Shown piece after piece: positions 38,827-53,004 of a stretch of 64,000 bases of DNA. Source of the stretch: Priapulus caudatus (Eukaryota). Both the position numbers and the translations under genes were made by a program. Within the stretch, counting starts at the first letter, position 1; each line of letters begins with the position of its first letter. The notes under the pieces were generated by a model. That model did no database searches and was not told the origin of the DNA. It saw only the letters and a program-made list of their open reading frames with translations. The DNA is taken from positions 343,423-407,422 of the forward strand of contig NW_014577080.1 in NCBI RefSeq assembly GCF_000485595.1. The letters run 5' to 3'.

Positions 38827-39643
38827 ATACTATGAGATGAGGCCTATGCCACTGGCGCTAGTACGTAGGTGCTATTTGCATGTCCGATTGTTTAAGCTGT
38901 CTTCAAGAAGTAAGAGCCGTACTTAAGATGGAAAAACCATGTAATGGGTTGTTTTGCAGAGTAACAGTAATTAGGAAAGGCATTTTCATGTTCATTTTTT
39001 CTAGTGGTGTAATTGAACTGTTAACTGACAGCGTAACAGATTTGCTAAAAACATCCTTTGTAATGTTGACTGCGTCTGTGTCAGAAACAGTCAAGGTCAT
39101 AGGAAGTATAGGTACCGCGACCATAGAGGCATTTGCGGATTTATTTACCCGCACTAGCTCTTGCTGCTGAATCGTGGAATGAATGTGCCATGAACAGATA
39201 GGTGAGCTTTACACACTGAGGCTATAGTATGCAGGGTTAGGTTTAGAAAGGTTTTAGAAGTTTTAGGTTAGTATAGGCAAGGTACTCTATTGAATCTTAG
39301 GAAATAACTTAACAACCGGTCACGGAGTTGGTTTAACTGTTAGGACTCGACAGTGACACAAGGAAATTGGCCTAGAATTATTTGTTCGTAGCTCAATTTT
39401 TGATCTTGTTCGGTATTCGGGTCTACATGATTGTTAAAGGTGTCTGAAGAATGTTATGCTGGGCTTTGTGATTAAGATGTCTTGGCCGCAGGAGTAAACA
39501 AATTAATGCGTACAGCAGTATCAGACTGGTAAAAAGAAATCAACTTTAATTATTTGTGTAAGTGCTAATCAAACTAGTCATACCATATATAGTAAATCAC
39601 TGCTAATTAAAAACAACCGATAATAGCAAGGTGTTTAGAGCAC

Positions 39644-39728
39644 GCCTATTCTTTGCCTATAGCCTATTGCCTATAGCCTATAGCCTATAGTCTATAGCCT
39701 ATAGCCTATTGCCTATTCTTTGCCTATA
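39644..39728. repeat. (GCCTATA)n 7-bp tandem repeat
   Basis: Direct inspection. Confidence 0.9.
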
Positions 39729-40725
39729 TTTGCGCTATTCAAAATTATGTCAGGATGGGGATACTTAAATTTCAGTATCCCGCAGGGAAATCCTTTTTTT
39801 ATTGCTAGTTTCTCATATATCCCCCATGCATTCATGTATTAGCAACATAAAGTACAAATTTTTGTTTTTATTATATATATACATATATCATGATATTGAC
39901 TGTGCGATCTCGACTTTAACAGAAATTTATGCGAAGTTTGCCTCAGCTAGAAATTTACAGCCAGTACAGACAGTAGCTCACTGTTTGTGATTTTTACAAT
40001 TACGATTTTTACTAATTGGATTTTACAACGTGCAGGTCCGAGACATATATATAGAAATCAGATTCATAAGTTCAACTAACGGACATATAAGGATATTCAT
40101 CGTGCAGAATTACTTGTAAAGTACACATTGGGCAATAAAACCCCGAAAGCCATAATTTAACTGCAAATAGCGCTGAAAGCTAAAAAAAAAAAAAAAGTGT
40201 TCTGGTGGTATCCCAAGCCCAGTTTTATCAAGTTAAATCCAGGTTTAACTGATAATATGAATATGATATAGTTTACGATTCCTATGTTAAGGGGGTTGTA
40301 CTACGTTACATTCGATCACTCGCTTCCTCGCCATCTTGGTTATCTAAAAGTTTTTCTTGCCTTCTGCAGATGTTATGAGCAAGTGAACCACTTTAAGTAT
40401 AGCACAACTGCCTGTATAGTAATTTTTACGTGGCCTTATGGAATATTTTATGGACGTGCTGTAAGAAACTTCTATGTTCCTATTATGAGCCATTGGTCTG
40501 TGGGTTCTGCAGAAAATTTAGAATTTTTACTGTTTCGATTATATATATTTACAGCCGTTAGTAAATTCGTTGCCAATACATATCTCACTCATGCATCAGA
40601 TGTTCATAAATGTCATATCCATTGGGAATATTTCAAAGCTGCACTTCTGCACACAACAATTTCTACACACGGATAGACTCTGTACATTTCTAGGCCATAA
40701 GATGGGGTTGCAAATATACTCCTTA

Positions 40726-41138
<413 letters not shown>

Positions 41139-41180
41139 AATACACGTCACTGCAGTGTACCATTGTTTCACTGCTGACAG

Positions 41181-41307
41181 GTTTGAGAAGCCAGTCTACA
41201 TCATTCTGCCACCGTACGTGCCGCACGAACACCAGGACTACATCGATCGCTTGAGCCTGGTGGATGATGCTTCGCTAAGAATTGCTAACCTCAGGATCGA
41301 GGACGAG
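41181..41307 (+). CDS. tutl: Turtle-like exon: Ig1 middle FEKPVYIILPPYVPHEHQDYIDRLSLVDDASLRIANLRIEDE
   Basis: Acceptor CTGACAG, donor GAG|GTAGCG; V-set D/E strand pattern RLSL..ASLRI.NLR.ED. Confidence 0.93.
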
Positions 41308-41800
41308 GTAGCGTATTTAGCAGTTGCGAATTCCCTTGCCGAGACGCTGCGAGCAAAGCCTGCACCATCAGCGCACCTATATAAAAGAAATTGGGACAGT
41401 TTAGATGAGATCTGTGCGCGCCACTGCGGAATGATTATTATGCTGTGGAAGGTGACCCGAATGGCCGCGTGCAGCTCATAATGTGACAGGCTGCAGTGAT
41501 ATCTGCTGAAACTGAATGCCTTAGCTAGGCGAGAGAATCGTGAGCATTGAACAATTATTGAATGGATCGTGCGCTAAGGCAGTGCACCGGTTAAAAACAT
41601 GCAGGATAGGCTCTTACTCCCAGCGCTTTGTATCGGACGTATAGACATCTAGACTCACAACCCTTTACACTGTCTCCAAGCTTGTAATTTCCAAGCGTTT
41701 ACGCGTATATTGATGCATGATTTTACGCGTGTGATATTAGTAAACTGCGTTATTTGCATGCGTGGACACATTCAACCAGTTGTTGTTTTATTTACTGCAG

Positions 41801-41888
41801 GGATGGTATGAGTGCAAAGTAGAGTTCTTCAACAAGCCAGACAGAACTGACACAGGAAATGGGACATGGGTCTTCCTAGAAGTACACG
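41801..41888 (+). CDS. tutl: Turtle-like exon: Ig1 end GWYECKVEFFNKPDRTDTGNGTWVFLEVH
   Basis: Acceptor TTTACTGCAG, donor G|GTAATA; D.G.Y.C motif completed across the splice; NGTW motif. Confidence 0.95.
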
Positions 41889-43067
41889 GTAATAAAATTA
41901 TGACTACATACTTACTCTTCATGTATAATCCGGTGAGAATGCCTCCACACCTATAGCGAACAGTTTCATTTTATCAGGATTTTATATTGTTTAGGTTCAG
42001 CACTTTCTAAAGGTAAAAAATTATATATGCATTTTCTTGCAGGTCAGTAAATTCCCCTTCAAATCCCTGACGGAAATAATGCCGACTTGAACATTGCTCG
42101 TTATTTATTATCGATACTATCATCGCATATCATCGCCACTCACTAGCTTATATATCGAACCCCAATCATTGCCTGCTGCATCTAAACAAATATCTACGAT
42201 AAAACTATTGCTGAATTATTTATTTCCTGGGATTATGCACAGCGAACACGAATTGCATTTATTTTTGTTTCCTTTTTAAACATAACCCGAGAAGAGCTAT
42301 GTTATACAGTGGCCAAAGTTACGATAACGTGGACCTGGCGTAAGCAAACGAGGTTAGCTAGGAAAATTCTTACGGTCTTGGCTTAGGGAGTCAGGTATTG
42401 CATATCGCGTGGTTGATATCACGAATTGGGTAAAGGTTAAGGTAAAGGTAAAGGTAAAGGTAAAGGTTAAGCAGGATATGAGAAAGCAGCGCTGATATGT
42501 ACTAGAAGTAGTGGATCGATGCAATAAAAAATCTATGGAAGTACAACGGGAGGGATATATGATGGAAGGATATGAGAAATGCTTACTATATGTGGTGCAC
42601 GGTAAACGTAATTGACTGCAGTCGAGATTCTGTATGTGCGAGTTCGTCGTATACGTGATGGATGACGTGGCAGTTGTATGAAACTGCTGGAGGAATGTTT
42701 GCGACTATCATTTCGCTTATGTAGAAAGGCATTCATAGAAACCTCATCGTCCGGGAAAAACTCATTTCGTTTTTACAGGGTGAGCGTGCATGTGCGCACG
42801 CGCGTGTACGTGTGCTATGCAATTTAAATCCCGTACCGCTGGCATAGTATGCTATGGTATAATAGAGACCGTATCTACCTGTTTTCCCCCTGCAGCGATG
42901 TATCTGATTAGTAGTTGCAGTGGAGTTTCCTTCTTGCACCCTCCTTTCTCCCTCCCACGCCCCCTCTTGAGCTCACTCAGTGGCCCCAGCTATACCTACC
43001 CCTTCTTCCACTCTCTGTCTCCGTGTCCTTCTGTCCCTTTCACCCCTATCTGTACGTATATATGCGT

Positions 43068-43222
43068 CGTGTGTGTGCATGTGTGTGTGTGCGAGTGTGT
43101 GTGTGCGTGCGTGCGTGCGTGCGTGCGTAGAAGCCCGCGCGTGTGTATATAGGTGTGTGCGTGCGTGTGTGCGTGCGTGTGTGTGTGCGTGTGTGTGTGT
43201 GTATGCGTGTCCGCGTGTGCGC

Positions 43223-43289
<67 letters not shown>

Positions 43290-43333
43290 CGNNNNNNNNN
43301 NGTGTGTGTGTGTATGCGTGTCCGCGTGTGCGC

Positions 43334-43368
<35 letters not shown>

Positions 43369-43720
43369 CTTGCGTCCGTGTGCGTGTATGTATGTGTGCG
43401 TGCTGGCACACGTGTGAGTATGTGTGTGTAGTTGTGTGACGGTCTGTATGTCTGTCTGTTTCTTTTACCCTATTTCTGTATGTGCGTATTATGTGTATGC
43501 GTGTGCGTGCGTATGTCGATGCACGCGTGTGTGTATAACTGTTCGTGCTTGCGTGCGTGCGTTCGTGAGTGAGAGAGGGATCGAGAGAGTATAGGATGCG
43601 TGCGTGTGTGACGGTCTGCATGCCTGTCTTTTTCTATTCACCCTCGCTCTGTGCATACGCGCGTGCGTGCCTGCGTGCCTGTACGTACGTGCGCGAGTGC
43701 GTGCGTGCGTGAGTGAGAGA
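43068..43720. repeat. (GT)n/(GCGT)n low-complexity region spanning a 10-N gap (43292-43301)
   Basis: Direct inspection; the same motif appears on both sides of the gap. Confidence 0.9.
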
Positions 43721-46700
43721 CGGAGAGAGTATGGGGTGCAGAGTGTCTTTCTCTATGGTGCATGGACCGGCCGCGGCCGTGCCTTCGTTACGGCTGCCTG
43801 CGTGTCTGTGGTGTTTAGCATGGACTCGGCATCAATATTCAATAGTGGATTGTTCGCGTTCTCTTCCGTTTCACTTACGGCTCTGTTCTATTGATTAAGT
43901 TCTTACGCGTAAGCCCCTGACAACTGGAAGCAATTCCTAGCGGATACAACCACCATATATCATTATCGGAGGGACGCGATCTCGGCATAGTGGTTTTTGC
44001 TTGTGATCATCCTGGCTCACCAAAACATTGATTCTCCATACGCGAGTTCATCTCTTTTCTCGTTGGTACCCGACCCGCTCATTATTGTCTCTCATTATTA
44101 TATATCGTAGAACGCAGAAGGTGAATATATATGACAATCAGCAGACGAGATCTCGTCTCGTTGTTATTGTGTTAGGTGAATTTGCTTACGGTTGTCGAAA
44201 TTGCGCTTAACAAACTAGCGATCCCGTTTTTTTCGTATACTCATTCGGAATTTCTGAATTTTGAAATATTCATAGGCTCATTTGTGGACGTCGTGGCATA
44301 GATTGCATATAGTGTCCAATTTCGACATTCTCGTTTATTGCGCGTAGTTCTGCTGCAATATTGCAAACGATGTATTTGAAATAGATTTTGCGCTTGCCGC
44401 ACTGCTGTAGTTTTGATGACATTAGATGCATGGATGAGAGGAGACGCAGAGGTAATGTTTGCTAATATAATACTACAATGCAATGCCATCTGCGTGCATC
44501 TATAACATCATACAATAATGCGAGTGGATGTAGTACTATAATAATTATCTAGCGATGACACGTGTAGGTGCCTTAATTCGAGGGCATAGGATCATCATAT
44601 CCAGTATACAATCCCCCCGCTCCTTCCATGCAATCATTACGAGTGTATAAAGCACAACTATATATATATATATATATATATATGCAGGCGTGAATCATGA
44701 TCCTATTTTCGGGCAGCGCGATTATGTTTCTGAACAGTGCTCGGAATTCGTAATGTACACTCTACACAGCTTACTAATGCGATATGTGTGCATGAACGTG
44801 GAGCTTCCCCGAAAATCCTACACGCAAGTCTTTCACGTAAGTTCTATACATACTGTAGACGATGGAGGTGCCATGTAAGCTATATCTGTAACTCGCATGG
44901 GAATGTCGTGTATAGTCGTGAAAACGATCATCAAATCTTGCAAATATGAAGTTATAGTGTACGGTACATAGCTTCGGCCAGGCTGATATGGATGTACAAC
45001 TTCCCCTTGATCTTTGGGTCATTTCTCATTGTAATTTATCACTCGAACGCGCAGAAATGGCCAATATGTTCGGCACCCACATTGGGTGGTCAGTATTTTG
45101 AAGTTTTTTTCTTTTCTTGGGTCATTCTCATCTCTCTGACCGCGTATATATTGCTTTTATGGCACTCGAATCTAGATGTGAGGTGACATTGAACGTTAGA
45201 GGAGTCAACTGACCCGCCAACCTAGATATGAGACTATAAAGACCACATTGTTAACAGTTTTTAACATTTATAACATTTTTAACGCTTATTTTAAAAGTAT
45301 TCATAGCAGTTCATGTGGTATTAATAATATCTGAATTAAGGGGTAACGGTGCGTGAGCAAAGAGGTGATGGCACTAGCTGATATGTAGAGGTGACGCTAG
45401 CAGAATGTGGAGATGGCGCCAGTATATTATAAAGGGGGCATGTAGCACCATGATCCGAAAGTGGAGTCGCCAGAATCTTGCGGTGACCGTGCTGTCAAAA
45501 TATAAAAATGATAGCATCAGAATTTATAATTTATGGTCTCGGAATATGAAGGTCAAGGCACCAGGTTTCACAATTTTGTGTTCTTGCGCTTAGTTTAAAA
45601 CGCTGAATAGATTTTGAATGTTCCTTGTACGCTAAACATTCCCCCAGACACACACACGCACACACGCGCGCGCTACGGGGGCCTTGATTAAACCTCTTGT
45701 TGCAATTTCTGCTGAATGTTTTACGCCACAAGCCGCGAAGCAAGTCGGATGCAGGAGCGGAGGCTGAGATCTTTAATCTCCTCACGATCTCCTAAGTCTC
45801 AATACGCTACCTGGTCCATTAACAGTTAGAGGCTCGAGTCGACTCGAGCCATGCTGCCGCTGTAATTTCCCGTCATTTAAACTATCAGGCTCATCTTCTA
45901 TTGTTCTTCGCCATCCGACATGTTAGTTGGCTAATTAAGCAGGTAATCCGTGTATTACGGTTGCGATTAACCACCGGTCATCATGTACGAAGTGATTGTA
46001 TTCGCGTGATCTTGATCACAATTATTAAACCTGTAACACCCCCATTGTATTGCATCGTCACATAGTACTGCTCATATCTCAGCCGTTCATGCCAGCTACT
46101 CCACTGATGAACTGTCGATCTGTGCGACCGAACATTACTAAATTCAATAATTCGTCAATGATCGTTTATAAATTTATCTCCCGTGTATCGATATCCGTAA
46201 ACATTCGTCCGTCGCGATATATATGTAGCGATGTCACACCTCGTAATGGTTTGCGATGTGGAAATCATGCATGATTCCTTGTAATGCTTAGGTATCAAGT
46301 ATTAGTCAAATGAATTTGAATGGCGGAGAAACGCATATCGTAAGGTCTAATTTATACTGATCCCACTCTGTGCTCAGCAGTGTTTCATATGTGATTCGAC
46401 ACTGTCCTGCACATCCTTGTCGATGTTTGCTAAAGTGGGCTTCCCACTCCCGCGGGAGCCATCAATTGTATTTTCTGCCTTTTAGATCTCATCACAAAGC
46501 ACATTCCTCTGACATTAAACCCCGCGTCGAACTATTAAAGAAAATTCTGTTTTATTAAAACGCGCCGTAAAAGCGTCCATTACCTCTCCATTCTGCTTGT
46601 TTTAAAAAGTGTTCCCCATCTTGATAGAATATGAAAGAGGCAAGCCAAGAGCCGGGAGAGCTTGCACTAAAAGCCGTCCAGGTTTTTTCACCGTTTCAAA

Positions 46701-47829
46701 TGAGGAGAGCGTTTACAATAAATTTTTTAGGCGGTTGGTTAATATTGTATTGGTGAGGATCAGACACGTCTCGACTATGTTAAAGTTATACTCGTGGAGT
46801 AATAGTATAGCGTGACTTTAGCAGCAAAGACAATACAGCAGAATTAATTTATTATATATAGCTATAGTTACGAAGACACGATGAAAATAGGTGTAGAAAG
46901 GTGTAATATAAATGTGTCGTAAAATTAAATGCATTATTCTTAGCAAAATGTGCATATTTAAGCTTAGAGTTTACGTGAGATTGAATTCTTAGAATTGTAA
47001 CGAACTAAATGTTGCCAACCCCAGTCATTCAACGTTGGTAATCTCATTCAATTAAAAAATCAAATTCTAAATGAATTCATGAAATAAGACATGAGAAAAG
47101 ACGTTTTATTGGATTATGTCTAAAGTAATGAATATGCAGCACGAAATATAATTTACATAATCATAGTCAAGAAATCTATTAACTAATCCCGTTTATTATA
47201 TGCGTGATGTTGACGCGTAATGATTTTTAATTATGCAAACAATTACTTGATATAAGATATAGGGAAGCCTCGGTAGATAAATGTATTTAGCTGTAATCGC
47301 TGATCAGAAAAAGAAACTAGTGCGTATGTAGCGTATATGTGTGTTTCGCTTTTAGATCTCAGGCTGCGTTGATGAGTTTTACTTGTGTTATTTTATTTTA
47401 TTTTATTTTATTTACGAAAGACGTGACCTGTGATCGCTATCGACTTGTCAGAGTGATAGGCAGTTCGTTTCTCTCTCTTTTTTAGACATTTCTAGTTCCC
47501 TCGTCGAGCATGTGCAATTAAAGTCAGCTGCTCCCACTTGCACTCTCAATTCTGCATGCTTAGTTTCGTAACTGCTACTGGCTAACTGAGAGGGGAAGTG
47601 AGCTGACTTGCAATGACATGCAATGCGCGGGGCGCGTGCATTTGCTTGCTATTTTCCGCGAGTCTGACTGCGGCGCGTAGTCAGGTCTTAGTCAGCACTG
47701 TAACAGGCTCGTCAACGTCTACTCCACAATGTACAAAGACGTAATAACAGCCAGAATACTACTATAGGCGGCTAGTTTTCTTTACTCCAGCGTCATTCCG
47801 GGCGGTGCCGTGTGTTACACTTTATTGCT

Positions 47830-47846
47830 ATTGTTGTCGTTGTTGA

Positions 47847-47901
<55 letters not shown>

Positions 47902-48052
47902 AGTGGTGGTGATGATGGTGGTGGTGGTGGTGTTGGGGGTGTATTGGTGGTGGTGGTGGTGGTGTTGGTGGTGGTGGCGGCGGCGGCTGGGGGCGGTGGT
48001 GGCGGTGGTAGTGGTGGGGGCGTCGGGTGGCGGAGGCGGTGGTGTTGTTGTT
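47830..48052. repeat. (GTT)n then (GGT/GGC)n trinucleotide tract
   Basis: Direct inspection. Confidence 0.95.
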
Positions 48053-49051
48053 TAGTATACTAGTAAAAAATTTAATATGTTACTATGTCATCGGTGTCGT
48101 TGCTAACCTGAGGCTATGAGTGCCCACCCAACCATCAATAATTAGCATGATTAAACACCCATTCTAATTGGGTTAATGTAATAAGCGAAGCGAATAGGTT
48201 AATCCCACAGTATATTCGTTACATTCTTTAGATGTTTTTAGAATAATAATCATCTTGCTACTGCCACATTAAGCTGCGTGATGCCCGTGATGGTATAGCG
48301 GCCGGTGAATTCTTCTTGTTATTGAGGTTTCTCTTAGTCGTCCCCTGCCTACACAAACACTAACACAAACTGAAACCAAGCGCCAAAACAACACACAGGT
48401 TAGGTGACGTGACACTGAAACCTTTTGTCCCGCTGGACCAGTAATCTTGTAGATGTTAGGGATTTTTCCTAGATCCTCATTTATCTCCTAGGACCCCCCA
48501 ATGTTGAACTATATGAATTGTTTATTGATTCGCTGCAATTTTGCACAAGTCCACATCAATGAGCGACATTGTTTGCGACAGCCTAACAGGATTATCATTG
48601 ATGTGTGGCTGAAATCTGAGAAGTAGAATTTTTTTTCGGTGAATATTACCTATAGGTTAGTAAATCCCACTAAATGCCGATCGAATATCGAGGTCATCAA
48701 CAAGTCAATCAGTTGCGTACCCTTGCAAGGAAAGGTTTTGTAAATGGTTGCATGGCGATGGCAGATGGGTAACGGACGACATATCATGTAGCTATCCGCG
48801 TGCATTTGCTGCGCCAATTCTGACGAACAGCCATTTATTTGCGCAGGCATGTTATGCGGAACCGATTCAACACAGTTGTGTTTTCTAGATGCATCAGCTT
48901 TTACAAATGATCGTATAAAGGTCATTCTGTCAACAGTTTCGGAAATCTGCATTCACAGCAACACATTTCTCTCGGTTGGTTTTTCAGCGGATGATTACTA
49001 TGTCGTTGTCGTTGTGAATAGTTACTAATTGCGTAAGGAAGACTACTAACT

Positions 49052-49765
49052 ACGCACGCATGCACGCACGCATACTCGCTGGCTCGCTCGCTCACGCTCT
49101 CACTCGTACGCTTGCTCACGCGCACGCGTACGCGCACATATGCACGCACGCATACTCGCTGGCTCGCTCGCTCACGCTCTCACTCGTACGCTTGCTCACG
49201 CGCACGTATGCACGCACGCATACTCGCTGGCTCGCTCGCTCACTCACTCACTCGTACGCTCGCTCACGCACACGCATGCACGCGCGCGTACTCGCTGTCT
49301 CGCTCGCTCACTCACTCACTCACTCGTACGCTTGCTCACGCGCACGACGTATGCACGCACGCATACTGGCTGGCTCGCTCGCTCGAACACTCACTCGAGC
49401 GCTCGCTCACGCGCACGCGCACGCATGCACGCACGCATACTCGCTGGCTCGCTCGCTCACTCACTCACCCGTACGCTCGTTCACGCGCACGCATGTACGC
49501 TCACATACTCGCTGGCTCGCTCGCTCACTCACTCACTCGAACGCTCGCTCACACGCACGTACGCACGCACACGCGCATACTCGTTGACTCGCTCGCTCAC
49601 TCACTCACTCGTACACTCGCCCACGCGCGTATACTCGTTGGCTCGCTCGCTCGCTCACTCACTCACTCGAACGCTCGCTCACACGCATGTACGCACGCGC
49701 GCATACTCGCTGGCTCGTTCGCTCACGCGCACGTATGCACGCACACGACATATGCGCGCATGCGT
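49052..49765. repeat. Composite minisatellite, ~65-80-bp unit (GCACGCACGCATACTCGCTGGCTCGCTCGCTCACTCACTCACTCGTACGC...)
   Basis: About 10 degenerate units built from tetranucleotide repeats. Confidence 0.9.
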
Positions 49766-49784
49766 AAATAAAGACCATCCTTAT

Positions 49785-50721
49785 TTATTATTCATGACCT
49801 GGGGTCACGCACGAAAACGAGGCTAAGCTAGGCAATTTTGTAACAATGCTGCTCAGGCAGGCACGCACAGAGGGGTACACCGCACGTACACGCGTGTACA
49901 CCGGCAGCGTATCAGCTCAGAATCACGCCGTACGCGGTAACGTGAGAACACGCACGTACAAGCCGCGCACGTAACATGCGCACGTACAACGTCACGTCAC
50001 AGTATCACGTGGTACACGCAGTACCACGCAAGATACACCACGTACACGTAGATAACACGCACGTACACGCGGGTAACACGGCAGATACCGCACGTACACG
50101 CGGTACACGCACGTACACGCGGGTACTATACCGCAGACAACCGCGTACACCGTACACGCACTACACGCAGGTACACGCACTTACACGGTGGTACTCCGCA
50201 CGTAACACGCGGGTACACGCACGTACACTGCACGTACCGCGTGTACCTGCGTGTACGCTGCGTGGTACTCACGCGTGCACGTGCGTGTACCCGCGTGTTA
50301 CGTGCGTGTACGGCCGCGTGCACGTGCGTGTACCCAGCCGGTGTACGTGGCGTACGTGCGTGTACCCGCGTGCGCGTGCGTTGCTACCCGCGTGTACGTG
50401 CGTATATCTGCCGTTTACCCGCGTGTAGCGTGCGTGCTAATTCTGCGTGTGTCGTGTAGCGGAGCGTGTAGTGCTGTCGGTGTTCGTGCGTGTATCTGCG
50501 TGTATACGTGCGTGTACCAGCGTGTACGTGCGTGTACGTGCGTGTACCTGCGCGTGTACGTGGCGTGTATCTCCGTGTAGCCCGCGTGTACGGTGCGTGT
50601 ATCTGCGTGTACGTTCGTGTACCCGCGCTGTACGTGCGTGTACCACCCTGCTTGTGCGTGCCTCGCTTGAGCCTAGCTTAGGCCTCGTTTTCGTGCGATG
50701 CCCGCCGGTCATGAATAATAA
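49785..50721. mobile_element. Foldback element with TTATTATTCATGACC termini and an internal inverted GTACACGCAC satellite
   Basis: Inverted ~90-bp unique ends; satellite orientation flips at about 50232. Confidence 0.85.
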
Positions 50722-51477
50722 TTACAGCGATTCCCTCACTGAATTTCTAGCACCATCAAGTAGTACATTTGTGTGTTATTGTACAAACTAAAATTAATAA
50801 AAATACAAGTTAGTGTTCTGTTTACTTTTTATTTTATGATACACTCTTTTTAATATGCCTAATTTGGCCGTGAAAACAAGATGACGCCACGTATCTGATA
50901 CAGTAAGCTGGGGAATAGTGTTAGACAAACAGAAATTTACGCAATCGTCCAGATGAGACCGGGATACTAGAGACAGCGTGCTGAAAGGAGATGTTGATCC
51001 AATTGCCGCGCTGAAGCGCAGATATTTCGGCGGGCAGTTCCGACGGCAAGGGCCACAGCGACGCGGAACGTCCTATACGACAGTATGCAGCGCTGCAGCT
51101 ATGGATCCGTGCGCCGAATGAAATTGGCGGCGCATCGATCCATAGCTTGCCAGCGAACCCAGTCCGCAATTTTAGTGGGGACACAGAGGTAGACATTTGG
51201 TACGTCAACAGTGTTGACTTGCTAATAAAAAGCTTGTAATCGAGTAATCTGTTGCGTAACGCGAGCTGTGTGACGCGAAATCAGAGATATAGACTGTCGA
51301 AATTCTGAGCATTCCGAACCTTGCCCAGTAATGGCAACGCGTGTCAGAATCACGAAACACCTATCCGGCGCTCTTCGCGTCCCGAAACGCTCAACGTTTT
51401 TTGCAACGTTCCAAATGGCGAGGCTCGTACGGGAGTTGGAAAGGCAGTTGCGCCGCCTGCCCAGCCGCCCTATACCC

Positions 51478-51555
51478 ATAGACTGGCACTCTCTCTCACC
51501 TCTCGCTTAGCATTAGTCCTCATGGCTAATCGAGGTGGAGCGAGTCCTAGTCTAT
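51478..51555. repeat. Imperfect ~78-bp hairpin (CATAGACTGGCACTC...GAGTCCTAGTCTATA), probable small MITE
   Basis: Inverted arms visible. Confidence 0.55.
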
Positions 51556-53004
51556 ATATTCAGCGCTTGGCATCTCGCACCTTCTGAAAGAGAAGTACCT
51601 ATACTAGAAACATGAAACAATTTTCGGTTAGTAAAAATAGATTTCGTAATTAGTTATGCATTATATTTTATTGAAACGCTCAAGTGGCTGTGTCTAGTAT
51701 AGCCTAGGGTATTCTAAACCCTAGCAAAGAGCGTTCTTGCTAGTCGTATAGTAGTCTAGTAGTACTAGTGTTCAAGGATAAGAAACATTGGCTTCCACAT
51801 TCTATATGGGGCCGCCAATGTAATGTATGGCATGGCCAAATAAAACCAATGTCATTACCATGCAAATTCTAAATATAATATTATATCTAATATATAGTGT
51901 TAGGGTTATTGGTTAGGTGTTCGTCATAGCTACTAGTACTATAGCCGTTATCCATTAACTGCCGCATGGCAGCCGACCGGCAGACGCGCCAGATAACCGC
52001 CAGCGGCCAGTTAAATGTAAGGCGGCCATGAGTAACTAGAGCTAGGTTCGTCCATCGTAAGTAAGATAGTTAATACTAGTAACAGAAGTTAGTCATTTTA
52101 CTGATTACTATTAGCTCTGCGGTCGTCATGTAGTGATTACTATACTGATAGCGTAGTGCTGGTAACTTCAGTAGTACTCTATCTACTAGTACTGAGTAGT
52201 GTAAGTATAGTGGCGGTCGGGTAACCAACGCATCCTTTGCGCAACGCCATCTTGTACACGGTCTCTAGTGAGCGCTAGTGCTCAGTCTGAAACGATAGTG
52301 TGTGCTGTACGTGCGGGCTTGATCTTGGCCCACGGCAAAAAGATTCGCGGGCGCATGCGGGCAAGGGGGGATACCAGATGAGACGACTAATAGTACAGGC
52401 TCAGGCTTTCGTGTCCGAGTGACTGTACGGGCAACCGTTCATTACGCCAAGTATCTCTCGCTACAGTACAAGTTTATAGTAACTCCGAGCGTTACAAATC
52501 GGACGGGCGGGCAGTCTAGAGCCAGGCCGTGGAGGAGGCCTTCTTTCTGTGGCAAATCGTCTCTGAACAATCCGGCGCCCAAGAGAGACTCGTCGCGCTC
52601 CAGTCTATGGGTGCGATAGTAACGAGAATAAATTGTGGCACCGAGGCGGTGAGATTAAACAGAGTTGGCAGAATGGTTTTGTAGCAAAAAGAAGCGAACG
52701 CCCAACCAAACAATTCCAATTACGACATTGGAGTTATTTCTCGCTCCTACCGTGACATAATCCAAAAAGTTGCTCCAAGCGCCACAACTCCTGAATTGAC
52801 GCGATAACACGCCCGATGTTAATTAACCATGGAAAGTTTCGAAATGGGGAGCAGCGAGTTATATGAAATGGCGCCAACAGGTGGCGCGACCGCGCTCGCG
52901 CGTATATCCGCTGGCAGGACGTGTCGAGGATTTTTGGCCAAATTTAACCATCCGGCCGGCGCCCCCCCCCCCCCCACGAAAAACATTTATCAAGNNNNNN
53001 NNNN

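Noticed and set aside
42030..42048. Recursive splice site TTTTCTTGCAG|GTCAGT
   Set aside because: Only about 150 nt into the intron, atypical for a ratchet point; cannot be supported without nascent RNA data.
43190..43370. Tandem duplication around the N gap
   Set aside because: Probably overlapping contig ends across the 10-N gap in a microsatellite.
47810..48063. Signal-peptide or transmembrane-like ORFs (poly-L, poly-V)
   Set aside because: Translations of (GTT)n/(GGT)n.
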